From contig CAWHAE010000012.1 of the NCBI GenBank assembly GCA_963827235.1, positions 888,045 through 952,044 of the forward strand: a DNA stretch of 64,000 bases, given 5' to 3'. The DNA comes from an uncultured bacterium (GTDB lineage: Bacteria; Chloroflexota; UBA5177; JANWHV01). Below the pieces are notes generated by a model. It searched no databases. It had not been told where the DNA came from and saw only the letters and a program-made list of their open reading frames with translations. Shown here in pieces: positions 54,042-62,912 of the stretch (positions within the stretch are counted from its first letter, which is position 1; every line of letters begins with the position of its first letter). Position numbers and translations under genes: made by a program.

Positions 54042-54665
54042 TTACAGGGGCAGCGGTCCATTGCTCCCCACGTATTGTCCCCGCCCGGCATCACCCCCTT
54101 TCGATAGATCCGTTCCCCGGCTCAACGCCTCGTCGACCAGTCTCGGCGGCAGCAGCACGGCACCCACCTGGCTCAACGGCACCGCCGAATCGAGATCATA
54201 TGCCACCTCCGAGACGAGCGTTGCAGGCACGACATGGCCACGAATACGCGCATATCTGGCCGGATGCTGGGGCGAGCACGATGTGCAGTGCGCCGGTACG
54301 TGCGTTGCAACGCCGGCCGGGCCATGCCGATCCAGGCTCGCGCTCGGCAGGCCGCCATGGGTCAGGGCCACCAGAGCCACTGCCAGCGCGGCTGCGCCAA
54401 CGCTGAGCCGGCCTATCACGGTAGCCAGCCGCGGAATACCGCGAGATCTGCGATAGGCCTGTGCGACCCGCGCGCTCAGGTCGGGTGGCACCCAGCGATC
54501 GTCCAATGCCGACTGAATGAGGTGCCGAGTACTCCGGTAATCCGCCAGCACGGACTGGCATCTGCCGCAGGTCGCCAGGTGCAGCTCAAGGAATTCGCTC
54601 TGCGCCGGTACAGTCTCTCCGTCAGCGTAGGCGGAGAGAAGCTCATCGAATTGCGTGCAGCCCAC
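54042..54665 (-). CDS. zf-HC2 anti-sigma factor (single-pass membrane protein)
   Basis: The GTG at 54665 overlaps the sigma gene 3' end by 23 nt. N-terminal CTQFDELLSAYADGE...HLATCGRCQ is the zf-HC2 pattern, with a TM helix LSVGAAALAVALVAL. The ORF-track start at 55052 lies inside the sigma gene. Confidence 0.75.
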   Translation of the reverse strand: MGCTQFDELLSAYADGETVPAQSEFLELHLATCGRCQSVLADYRSTRHLIQSALDDRWVPPDLSARVAQAYRRSRGIPRLATVIGRLSVGAAALAVALVALTHGGLPSASLDRHGPAGVATHVPAHCTSCSPQHPARYARIRGHVVPATLVSEVAYDLDSAVPLSQVGAVLLPPRLVDEALSRGTDLSKGGDAGRGQYVGSNGPLPL

Positions 54666-55218
54666 CGAGCTTGGCCTCCGTTCGAGCCGATTCGTAGTGA
54701 GCTCGAAACTGTTCTTTCGCCCTGGCAATACGCTTCCGGGCACCCTCGGGCGTGGTGCCCACGATCTCCGCCACTTCGGCGTAGCTGAAACCTTCCTTGA
54801 CGTGCAGGAGAAGGCAAGCCGCCCGGTCGCGCGGCAACCGGAATAGTGCCTGCTGCACGAGCTCACGCTCCATGACCTGGTCGTCCGGCGCCAGAGACGC
54901 GGCGCAGATACTGTTCTCGTAATCGGACAGGCGGTGCAGGTGCAGACGCCCATTCCTCTTGCGCGCCCGAACGGCGAGGTGCGTGGCGATCCTGTACAGC
55001 CACGCACTGAGGGCAAGCTCCGACCGGAGAGAATGGATGCCTCGCAGGGCATTCACGAACGTGTCCTGCGTGAGGTCGAGGGCCAACTCCGGGTCGTCGA
55101 CCAGGCGGTTGATGTAGCGGACTATGCGTCCCTGGTATTCGCGAACTATGGCGTCAAACGGCTCGCACCGCGCCTCCGCTACCGCCCAGCCTGTGTCGGT
55201 GACCTCCGAGTTGACCAT
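54643..55218 (-). CDS. ECF (sigma-70 family group 4) RNA polymerase sigma factor
   Basis: 191 aa. Region 2 (RYINRLVDDPELALDLTQDTFVNALR) and region 4 HTH (FSYAEVAEIVGTTPEGARKRIARAKEQF). Confidence 0.9.
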   Translation of the reverse strand: MVNSEVTDTGWAVAEARCEPFDAIVREYQGRIVRYINRLVDDPELALDLTQDTFVNALRGIHSLRSELALSAWLYRIATHLAVRARKRNGRLHLHRLSDYENSICAASLAPDDQVMERELVQQALFRLPRDRAACLLLHVKEGFSYAEVAEIVGTTPEGARKRIARAKEQFRAHYESARTEAKLGGLHAIR

Positions 55219-55370
55219 CTCCCACCTCGTGAACCTGAAGCCCCCGTATAGAAATAAGAGTCACTTGCCTGCCCGATCCGGACACCGCGTAGTAAACTTG
55301 ACCCGGACCATTCGGCAGCAGACCGATCCATGCGCCGGCGTCGCGGTTCATTCGAGCGCGAAGACTGGGA

Positions 55371-56375
55371 TCAGCGCGATCTTTTCTGCGTCGCGGCGTA
55401 TCGGTATGGGCGTTGCAGGCGCTGGCCTGCAGGGGGTGTCCGCCGGAGTACGCGCGCCACTGCAAATGCCACCACAGCCAGCACGACCGCTATTACAAGA
55501 ACAGCGCTTACCACCGACCGGATTGTCGACGACGTGCTGTTGTTGTCTGCCTGGTGCAGGATGTCGCGGCCGATGCCCAGGGCGAGCATACCGGGCCTCG
55601 CCAGGCCAGTGGACTTGATCTGCCGGGTGACGATAGCGGCAATCACGCTGCTATCCAGTCTGTTGCTGGCAGCGGCAGCCTGCCCGGGAGTGACGACCAC
55701 CACAATGCCACGCTGCAGATCGAGACGGTTGAGCAGATCTTGCGCATAGTCGGCCAGTCGAGCGTATGGCGCCGGTGTAGCGTCCAGAAACACGATCTTG
55801 GCTATGGTATTCGACTGGTTCGTCGCGTCGTCGGCGAACTGCACGATCTGGCCCTGATCGGCCAGGCTCACCGACGAGACGAAGCCCGGTGCCACGTAGT
55901 ATGCCTGCTCAGGATCCTGAAAGACGGAAAACGCCGATCGCGCTTCCTGCTGCGCTTGCTGCGCAGGGGACGTCTGGACGGTACCGGCCGTCATCGTCGC
56001 GTTCTTCATCCCCGAAGGCGGGCCCACGTCGTAGCCGCCTGCCTGCTCGATCGCTTCCAAGTTCTTCACCGCCGCCGGGTGTGTCGCGCTGAACGCCGAA
56101 TCCGAAAGCGCCTTTGCCACTGCCCATTCGGCAAAACCCAACTGCTTGGTCTGCTTGAACGCCAGGCCCAGCTCGTAGTAGGTGCCGGGGTCGTTATGCC
56201 CGCGCAAGATGGCCTGCTCGTAGTCGGCCACCGCGTCGCGGTAGTCGCCGTGCCTTTCCGCCGCTTGCGCCTGGGTGTAATAGGCAGCGCCGATCGCCGC
56301 GGCCCGCACGGAGCCCGCCGGCACCCCGGCAGCAAACAACCCGACGACGAGCAGCACCGCCCAGACTGCCCACAT
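55371..56375 (-). CDS. secreted/membrane-anchored protein with a TPR-like N-domain and a TPM-like domain
   Basis: Signal/TM MWAVWAVLLVVGLFAAG, a TPR-like YYTQAQAAERHGDYRDAVADYEQAI, a TPM-like core (IAKIVFLDAT...RGIVVVVTPG) and a C-terminal TM helix. The domain call is tentative. Confidence 0.45.
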   Translation of the reverse strand: MWAVWAVLLVVGLFAAGVPAGSVRAAAIGAAYYTQAQAAERHGDYRDAVADYEQAILRGHNDPGTYYELGLAFKQTKQLGFAEWAVAKALSDSAFSATHPAAVKNLEAIEQAGGYDVGPPSGMKNATMTAGTVQTSPAQQAQQEARSAFSVFQDPEQAYYVAPGFVSSVSLADQGQIVQFADDATNQSNTIAKIVFLDATPAPYARLADYAQDLLNRLDLQRGIVVVVTPGQAAAASNRLDSSVIAAIVTRQIKSTGLARPGMLALGIGRDILHQADNNSTSSTIRSVVSAVLVIAVVLAVVAFAVARVLRRTPPAGQRLQRPYRYAATQKRSR

Positions 56376-56816
56376 CCCGGCGGGCGTGCAGCTGCCTCTC
56401 ACCTCAGCTACCCCCCAATGGTTACCACACTGCCACATGCAAGAAGCATATGAGCAACTGCATGAATCGTCGGTGACCGGACTGCCCCCCAGTGATTACA
56501 CGCAGTGTAGCAGGTACCGCGAACTCGCTGCCCCGCACGTCGATGCCGTTCGTGCTCGGAGCCGACGGCCACCGGCCGATCTCGTATCGCAGGCGTCGCG
56601 ACCTGTACCTCCAGGCTTTCAGGTCAGACGGGCGGCCTGTTCGGTGCATGGTGTGGCAGGCGCTCCAGTTCCGCGGCGACCCCCGAGCCGAGAAACCGCC
56701 GCGAACCACTGGTCGGGCACAACCGGATCGCGAGCGCCCGTAATGCATCTCACGTGTTGTCGCCGGTCATACCGGGCTGTCTATCACACTGCCGGACAAC
56801 GACTCCAGTGCCGGCT

Positions 56817-57611
56817 CTACGCGCCGCGATTCCGGCGCCGTCCCGCGGCCGGCGCCGGTACGTCCGCCATGGTGGGCGCGACCGCCAGCGCGCTGTGTTC
56901 CGGCACGCCGGCCCGCCTCGGCAATCCTCCCGGAGTCTCGGCCATCTTCTGGTAGCGAACGAGGCAACGGCCGATGCTGCCTTCAAGGACGACCGGCGTC
57001 ACCACGGGCGGTGATGCATGCAGAATCTGCCGCGCGGCTTCGGCCTCCGCGATCTCGTCGCTCAGCGTGCTTGCTCCCTTGTAGAGGATTACCTCGCCCA
57101 TGCGGCGTACAAACGGGATCGTGAGCTCGAGCAGGACGTTGGTGCGCGCCACTGCTCGGGCCACGCAGAGATCGTACGCCGCTCGGTGACCTACCTCGTG
57201 CGCCACGTCCTCGGCCCGCCCTTGCACGACACGGAGGTTGTCCAGGCCGAGCTGATCTCTGGCCAGATCGAGAAAGCGAACCTTCTTGGCCGTCGCTTCC
57301 AGGACCGTCAGGTCCCAGTGAGGGAAGGCGATGGCCAGCGGGATACCTGGAATGCCGGCACCCGATCCCACGTCCAGGCAGGTGCGCGCTGCGTCGACCC
57401 GGTTGCCGGAAATCGCCGGCATGATGGTCAGCGCGTCAAGAAGGTGACGGGACCAGAGCTCCGACACGGCACCTGGTCCGATCAGATTGAAGCGCTGGTT
57501 CCAGCTCAGGAGAAGCTCGGCATAAGCCTCGAAGGTCGCCATCTGGCGTACATCGAGGCTCATACCAAGCGAGGCACTCCCTTGTCTGAGGAGTGAGCCG
57601 TCATCTGCCAT
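56817..57611 (-). CDS. rsmG: 16S rRNA (guanine527-N7)-methyltransferase RsmG
   Basis: 264 aa. WNQRFNLIG, the SAM-binding CLDVGSGAGIPGIPLAI and overall GidB layout. Pro/Arg-rich C-terminal extension of about 40 aa. Confidence 0.85.
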   Translation of the reverse strand: MADDGSLLRQGSASLGMSLDVRQMATFEAYAELLLSWNQRFNLIGPGAVSELWSRHLLDALTIMPAISGNRVDAARTCLDVGSGAGIPGIPLAIAFPHWDLTVLEATAKKVRFLDLARDQLGLDNLRVVQGRAEDVAHEVGHRAAYDLCVARAVARTNVLLELTIPFVRRMGEVILYKGASTLSDEIAEAEAARQILHASPPVVTPVVLEGSIGRCLVRYQKMAETPGGLPRRAGVPEHSALAVAPTMADVPAPAAGRRRNRGA

Positions 57612-57810
57612 CGGTCGGCGTTCCCGTCATCTCTGGTCCGCTTCACGGTATATCCGGGTTGCGGTGTTCTCGTAGCGCTGATATGGTACACGCGGGGCAC
57701 TGTCGTGGTCCCTGCCGCCACCCGCTATGAGCGGCGGGCAGAGCTTGGCGGGTGATGCCGGTGAGCGGAGATTCGCCGGACCACGGCCACCGATACGTGC
57801 GAGAGTTGCG

Positions 57811-59931
57811 ATGGGGAAGTTTCTCGGATTCTGCTTCTTTGCCTGCGGCATGGCGGCGGTGTACTTCTGGGGCGTCAGGCCGCTGCTCGGACAGACAACG
57901 ACCGCCACGCCGGCGGATACGGTGACAATCGTGGCACGCGCCACGACGACGCTGCCGGCACTGAGTACCGACGAGCAGGCTGCCGCGCGCGCCGCCGGGT
58001 CGTTCTTGACGGCATGGCAGGGCGGGCGCTACAGCGACATGTACGAGCAGCTGACGGCCGCGGCGAAGCAACGGATCAGCAGGGCCGCCTTCGCGGCGCG
58101 CTACCGAGCGGTTGCCGGCGAAGCGACCATCCGGTCGCTCAGCACGAGCGTGGGCGGCGTATCCATCGACGTCCCGCTGGCCACGGTCAATTTCGACGTA
58201 CAGTTCGTCACCCAGGCCCTCGGCCCCGTACGCCAGGCCAACCAGATGCACCTAGTCTTCGGCGAGGACCGCTGGCAGGTGGATTGGTACCCGGCGCTCA
58301 TCTTCAAGCAGCTCGTCGACCCCTACGTCGTTCATCTGGAGACCCTACCGTCGCGGCGGGGATCGATCGTGGATCGCCACGGCACACCGCTGGCCGAAGA
58401 CGGCGACTTCATTCAGGTCGGCGTGGAGCCGGGCCTGATTCTCGATGAGAAGGGGTTGCTGGCATACCTCAGCTCCTGGCTGCACATGGACGAGTCCACC
58501 ATCAAGCATCTGTACACGCTGTCATGGGCGCAGCCGGACTACTTCATGCCCATCACCACGATCACCAGTTACCAGTACGAGCACGCGCCGGACGGCCTGG
58601 ACAGCGCCAAAGCCAACGGGCTCAGATTCCAGCTCAGTCCCGGCCGCACATACCCATACCACTCGCTGGCCTCCATCCTGATCGGCTATGTCGACCCTGC
58701 CACCGACCACGGCAAGGCTGGGCTCGAGCTCTCTCTGGACAAAGTCCTTGCCGGCAAAGATGGCGTCGGACTCTACGTCACCAACAGGGCCTACACCATG
58801 GTCGCGGCCACTATCGCCAAGCGACCGCCGGTAGACGGCAAGGATGTGTGGCTATCACTCGACATAAAGGAGCAACAAGCGCTGGAGAACGCCCTGGGCA
58901 CGCGAAATGGCGCGGCAGTGGCACTTCAGCCGTCGACCGGCCAGGTGCTTGCCCTGGTGAGCTCGCCCGGTTACGACCCGAACCGCTTTGAGATTCAGAC
59001 GGTGGGAAGCGGCATCGGACCCGATCGCTCAATGTTTCCTCGGGCTACGATCGGCACCTACCCGACCGGTTCGATCTTCAAGATCGTCACCATGGCGGCG
59101 GCGCTCGAGCGCGGAGGGTACCAGGCCGGCACCCTGATCGACGGCCCCGCGATATGGTACGGACTGGGAGCGTCGAACCCGCTCCACGACTGGTCGGCGG
59201 TGGGACACGGCACGATATCGCTGCAGGAAGCGCTCGTACAGTCCTGCGACACGTGTTTTTACGCCGTTGCCAAGCGCCTGGACGGCATCGACGAGAATAT
59301 CCTGCCGCAGTTCGCTCGGGCCTTCGGCTTCGGCAAGCCGACAGGCATCGACAACGTCGCCGAGGCAAGTGGACTGGTGGGGGACAACGCCTGGAAACTG
59401 AAGACCTACAAAGACGCCTGGCGCACCGGGGACAGCATCAATCTGTCGATCGGGCAGGGCTACTTCCTGGCCACGCCCCTGCAAGTGGCCTCGATGCTTG
59501 CCTCCGTAGCCGACAAGGGTGTCGTGCACCAACCGCAGCTTGTCTTGCGTATCGGCACCGCCAAGCAACCGGGCACCGTCACCGGACACCTGCCGGTCAG
59601 CCAGGAGCACCTCTTTACCATACTCAAAGGCATGCTGGGCGTGACCAGCGAGAGCACCGGTACGGCGACCTTCGTCTTCAAGGGCTTCGACTGGCAGGTG
59701 GCAGGCAAGACGGGTACTGCCCAAAATCCCGGCACTCAACCGCACGCGTGGTTCGCCGCTATTGCGCCGTACAAGTCGCCCCAGATCGCGCTCGCAGTCG
59801 TGCTTGATAACGCCGGGGAAGGCTCGACCGTGGCGGCGCCCATCGCTCGCACTGCCCTGCAGGCCTACCTGAGCGAGGTGGTGCCGGTCGTTCTTAACGG
59901 CGCGCAGCCGCTGCAGGTGCCCGGGGGCTGA
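57811..59931 (+). CDS. class B penicillin-binding protein with an NTF2-like (MecA_N-type) N-terminal domain
   Basis: 706 aa from the ATG at 57811. TM anchor, then an NTF2-like segment (AGSFLTAWQGGRYSDMYEQL...), then a transpeptidase with SIFK (SxxK), SCD (SxN-position variant) and KTGTAQ. Confidence 0.85.
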   Translation: MGKFLGFCFFACGMAAVYFWGVRPLLGQTTTATPADTVTIVARATTTLPALSTDEQAAARAAGSFLTAWQGGRYSDMYEQLTAAAKQRISRAAFAARYRAVAGEATIRSLSTSVGGVSIDVPLATVNFDVQFVTQALGPVRQANQMHLVFGEDRWQVDWYPALIFKQLVDPYVVHLETLPSRRGSIVDRHGTPLAEDGDFIQVGVEPGLILDEKGLLAYLSSWLHMDESTIKHLYTLSWAQPDYFMPITTITSYQYEHAPDGLDSAKANGLRFQLSPGRTYPYHSLASILIGYVDPATDHGKAGLELSLDKVLAGKDGVGLYVTNRAYTMVAATIAKRPPVDGKDVWLSLDIKEQQALENALGTRNGAAVALQPSTGQVLALVSSPGYDPNRFEIQTVGSGIGPDRSMFPRATIGTYPTGSIFKIVTMAAALERGGYQAGTLIDGPAIWYGLGASNPLHDWSAVGHGTISLQEALVQSCDTCFYAVAKRLDGIDENILPQFARAFGFGKPTGIDNVAEASGLVGDNAWKLKTYKDAWRTGDSINLSIGQGYFLATPLQVASMLASVADKGVVHQPQLVLRIGTAKQPGTVTGHLPVSQEHLFTILKGMLGVTSESTGTATFVFKGFDWQVAGKTGTAQNPGTQPHAWFAAIAPYKSPQIALAVVLDNAGEGSTVAAPIARTALQAYLSEVVPVVLNGAQPLQVPGG

Positions 59932-59935
59932 ACCT

Positions 59936-61273
59936 TCAAGCGTCGAGCACGATATCGGCGGGCAGGACCTGGCGAGCGATCGCCAGCAGCTCGTCGTCGG
60001 TGGGCTCCGGCGAGCCGCCTTCTGCGTAGTGAGCCATCAGGCGGGCATGCATCGCCTGCACCGCCGGGTCGGTCTTGGCAATGCGCTGCGAGTCCTTGCC
60101 CCCAAGGCGGGTATTCAGCCACCAGGCAACTCCCGCGGCACCCGACTGATCGCTGATCACGGCCCGGATCGGCCTCCCCAGTACCTGCTGAGGATCGAAC
60201 GACATATACGTCTCGGGGTCTTTGAGGAGACCGTCGATGTGCACGCCGGCGCGCGTCGTGAAGCATTCCTCGCCGAGCATTGGATAATTGGCGGGCACCG
60301 GCACCGCGCATATCTCACGCATGTATGAGGCGATCTCCACCAGCACCGGCAGATTCAGACCCTGCTCACCGGTGAGGCCGACGTACTCGACCACGGCGGC
60401 CTCGAGCGGCGTGTTGCCGGTACGCTCGCCGGTGCCGAGCAGAGTGGCATTGATCGCGGCGCAACCGTAGAGCCACGCCGTGGCCGCACAGGCATGACCC
60501 TTGAAGAAGTCGTTGTGTCCGTGCCATTCGAGCTGGCTCGGCGCCACGCCCGCGTCGTGCACGAGCGCGTGTACCAAGCGGGGCAGGCCGCGGGGCAGGG
60601 CAACCGCGGCCCAGGGAGCGGCCACGCCCATGGTGTCGCACAGGCGGATGCTGATCTGCAGCCCGGCTTCTTCGCCGCGCCTCACGAGCGCCCGCGCGAA
60701 AGGCACGACGAATCCGTGAACATCCGCGCGGGTCACGTCCTCGAAGTGGCAGCGGGGGCGTATGCCGGCCGCGAGCGCCTGGTCGACTACGCTCAGGTAG
60801 GCTTCGCATGCCCGCACGCGGTCCAGCCCCAGCTTGGTGTAGATGTGATGGTCCGACACGGAGGTGAGAATTCCCGTCTCAGCCAGGCCAAGTTCGCGGA
60901 CGATCGCCAGATCCTCGGCATTGGCGCGTATCCACGCCGTGACTTCCGGGTACCTGTAGCCGCGCGAGCGGCACAAGTCCACGATCGCCCGCTGCAATCG
61001 CGTATAGACGAAGAACTCGCTCTTGCGGATCAGTCCCACGCCGTTGTCCAGCCGATGCAGAAAGTCGAAAAGGTGCGCGACTTGCTCGGCCGAATATGCT
61101 GCACGCGCCTGCTGGCCATCGCGAAAGGTGGTGTCGGTTATCCGCAGCACGGGAGCCGGTTCCATCGGCACCTCGTCGGGCAACAGAATGGTGCGGGGCA
61201 GGCCGTAGTACGGGAAGGCGTCCCGGTACGCGTCTGCTCCGGCCGGTGTGCCAGGTTGCCGGCTGGTGTCCAT
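59936..61273 (-). CDS. HMGL-like (DRE-TIM) acyl-CoA:2-oxoacid condensing enzyme, Re-citrate synthase/homocitrate synthase-like
   Basis: 445 aa from the ATG at 61273. ITDTTFRDGQQA active-site motif (F/Q variant rather than the LeuA DTTLRDGEQ), HGHNDF metal site, and no LeuA C-terminal regulatory domain. Confidence 0.75.
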   Translation of the reverse strand: MDTSRQPGTPAGADAYRDAFPYYGLPRTILLPDEVPMEPAPVLRITDTTFRDGQQARAAYSAEQVAHLFDFLHRLDNGVGLIRKSEFFVYTRLQRAIVDLCRSRGYRYPEVTAWIRANAEDLAIVRELGLAETGILTSVSDHHIYTKLGLDRVRACEAYLSVVDQALAAGIRPRCHFEDVTRADVHGFVVPFARALVRRGEEAGLQISIRLCDTMGVAAPWAAVALPRGLPRLVHALVHDAGVAPSQLEWHGHNDFFKGHACAATAWLYGCAAINATLLGTGERTGNTPLEAAVVEYVGLTGEQGLNLPVLVEIASYMREICAVPVPANYPMLGEECFTTRAGVHIDGLLKDPETYMSFDPQQVLGRPIRAVISDQSGAAGVAWWLNTRLGGKDSQRIAKTDPAVQAMHARLMAHYAEGGSPEPTDDELLAIARQVLPADIVLDA

Positions 61274-61310
61274 GCCAATCCTCCGTCTCGTCCCTAGAGC
61301 AAGGTGCAGT

Positions 61311-61376
61311 GTCAAACTACATTGACTTACCTGCACGTTACATGATTTATATTGATTCATCAAGACGGCGATTGAC
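61311..61376. promoter_or_regulatory. AT-rich divergent control region with repeated ATTGAY motifs and two palindromes
   Basis: GTCAAactacaTTGAC (61311-61326), TTGATtcATCAA (61352-63), and ATTGAC/ATTGAT/ATTGAC at 61321, 61351 and 61371. Confidence 0.35.
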
Positions 61377-61647
61377 GGGCGCCGCGGCGGCTGCCTACAC
61401 TGAGCACGTTGCCGGGCAGCTTGGCACGTTTCTCCGCGGTCGGCGCCGGTCGGACTGCACGGATTCATGCTCGGCCGCCCGGCCTTCTGGCCTGCACTGC
61501 CAGAACGCGAACGACGCTCGCCGCGGGAAGAGTGCCGGACGGCCGACGGATCAACGGCAGCGACGCTCAGGCTGAGGCATGGCCGCCGCCGGCCGGAAAG
61601 GCGCGGCGTCTCGAAGCGAATACCAGTACGATGGGGTGGAAAGGCAT

Positions 61648-61884
61648 ATGGCGCAGACTCTCGAGGGCGAAGAGTATCTCACCGTGGAGGAAGCCTGCGC
61701 GGTGCTGGAGGTCAAGGCCGCGACACTCTACGCCTACGTCAGTCGCGGCAAGCTGCGGAGCTATCGCCAGGGCATCCACCGTCAGCGGCTGTACAAGCGC
61801 TCCGAAGTCGAGGCACTCGCCCGCTTGGGCCCCAGCCGGCACGTCAATCTGCCCTTGGTCGATCCCTGGTCTGACATGCATTGA
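61648..61884 (+). CDS. excisionase/MerR-type helix-turn-helix DNA-binding protein
   Basis: 78 aa from the ATG at 61648. YLTVEEACAVLEVKAATLYAYVSRGKLRSY is a HTH_17-type motif. The earlier ATG at 61579 is also possible. Confidence 0.7.
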   Translation: MAQTLEGEEYLTVEEACAVLEVKAATLYAYVSRGKLRSYRQGIHRQRLYKRSEVEALARLGPSRHVNLPLVDPWSDMH

Positions 61885-61921
61885 GCCGGCGAAGCCGGCC
61901 GGTACCACGGGCACGCCTGCT

Positions 61922-62716
61922 TCACGACGGCGGTACGTCCTCAGACGAGCCGCGGACGGCGGCGGCGTTTCGATAGAGACCGCGCAGGTCGTCGATCCTG
62001 ATCCGCACCAGGTCGAGCGTCATGCTGAGCGTGTCGGGAGCCGCCCGCACGCGCGAATCGTCGTTGAAGTACCAATCGATGCCCACGACCTTCATGGAAT
62101 ATCCGCGCTTCCGCGCCAGGAACAGCACCTCGGCGTCGAAGCTGAAGCCATCCATGCGCTGGCGAGCAAAGAGATCGCGCGCCGGGCCTCTGCGGAAGCC
62201 TTTGAATCCGCACTGCGTATCGTCCAGGCCGCGGATGACAAGCACTTTCACCAGCAGATTGAAGACACGGCCCATGACATGGCGCCGGGCAGGCTCGCCG
62301 TAGCGTTGGGCGCCGGGGCCTTCTCTGGACCCGACCGCGAGATCGAATCCGCCATCTAGGGCTTCGATGAACCGGTCGAGATCGTCTATGGGCATCGAAA
62401 GATCGGCATCGCAAAACACGACGTAGGGCATGGTCGCCGCCAGCATACCGGCGCGCACCGCGGACCCTTTGCCGCGATGCGGCAGCGCGATCAAGCGCAG
62501 ACCTGGCATCTGGCGGGCGCGCAGTTCCACCAGGGCGCCCGTGCCGTCCTCGCTGCCGTCATCGCAAACAAGCACTTCCAGTGGCCTGCCGAGGTGCGTG
62601 CCGTAGCGGGCAATCTCGTCCAGGGCCCGAGGCAAACGGCGCTCCTCGTTGTAGGCGGGAATGACGATGCTTAGCCCGGGTCCGGCCGGAAGGCCTTCTT
62701 GCGTGTCGTCCGTCAT
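61922..62716 (-). CDS. family 2 glycosyltransferase (polyprenyl-phosphate hexose synthase-like)
   Basis: 264 aa. LSIVIPAYNEERRLP, VLVCDDGSEDGT and DADLSMP (DxD) are typical of dolichyl/polyprenyl-phosphate glucosyl- or mannosyltransferases. Confidence 0.85.
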   Translation of the reverse strand: MTDDTQEGLPAGPGLSIVIPAYNEERRLPRALDEIARYGTHLGRPLEVLVCDDGSEDGTGALVELRARQMPGLRLIALPHRGKGSAVRAGMLAATMPYVVFCDADLSMPIDDLDRFIEALDGGFDLAVGSREGPGAQRYGEPARRHVMGRVFNLLVKVLVIRGLDDTQCGFKGFRRGPARDLFARQRMDGFSFDAEVLFLARKRGYSMKVVGIDWYFNDDSRVRAAPDTLSMTLDLVRIRIDDLRGLYRNAAAVRGSSEDVPPS

Positions 62717-62912
62717 GGTGTCGGGTCACCTCCGGGCTTCCTGGCGCTGGCCCCCAGCGGCTTGCCAACACGGGATGGCGGCGCGCTTCCTGGACGGCAG
62801 CGCCTATGCTCACCCGCCCTACCGCGGCGCGAACTGAATCCAGAAGGCACGATATCCCATCCGGCCGATCACGAGCAGCCCGTCGATGCCCACGAGCGCG
62901 GCACGTGACCCA

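Noticed and set aside
54666-55052. A 336-aa version of the anti-sigma ORF.
   Set aside because: The upstream part lies inside the ECF sigma gene in another frame and has no motifs. The zf-HC2 pattern starts right after the GTG at 54665.
56706-56712. CCACTGG resembling the cobalamin-riboswitch B12 box (GCCACTG).
   Set aside because: It is on the plus strand with no plus-strand gene downstream, and the other conserved cobalamin-riboswitch elements are not evident. Most likely a chance match.
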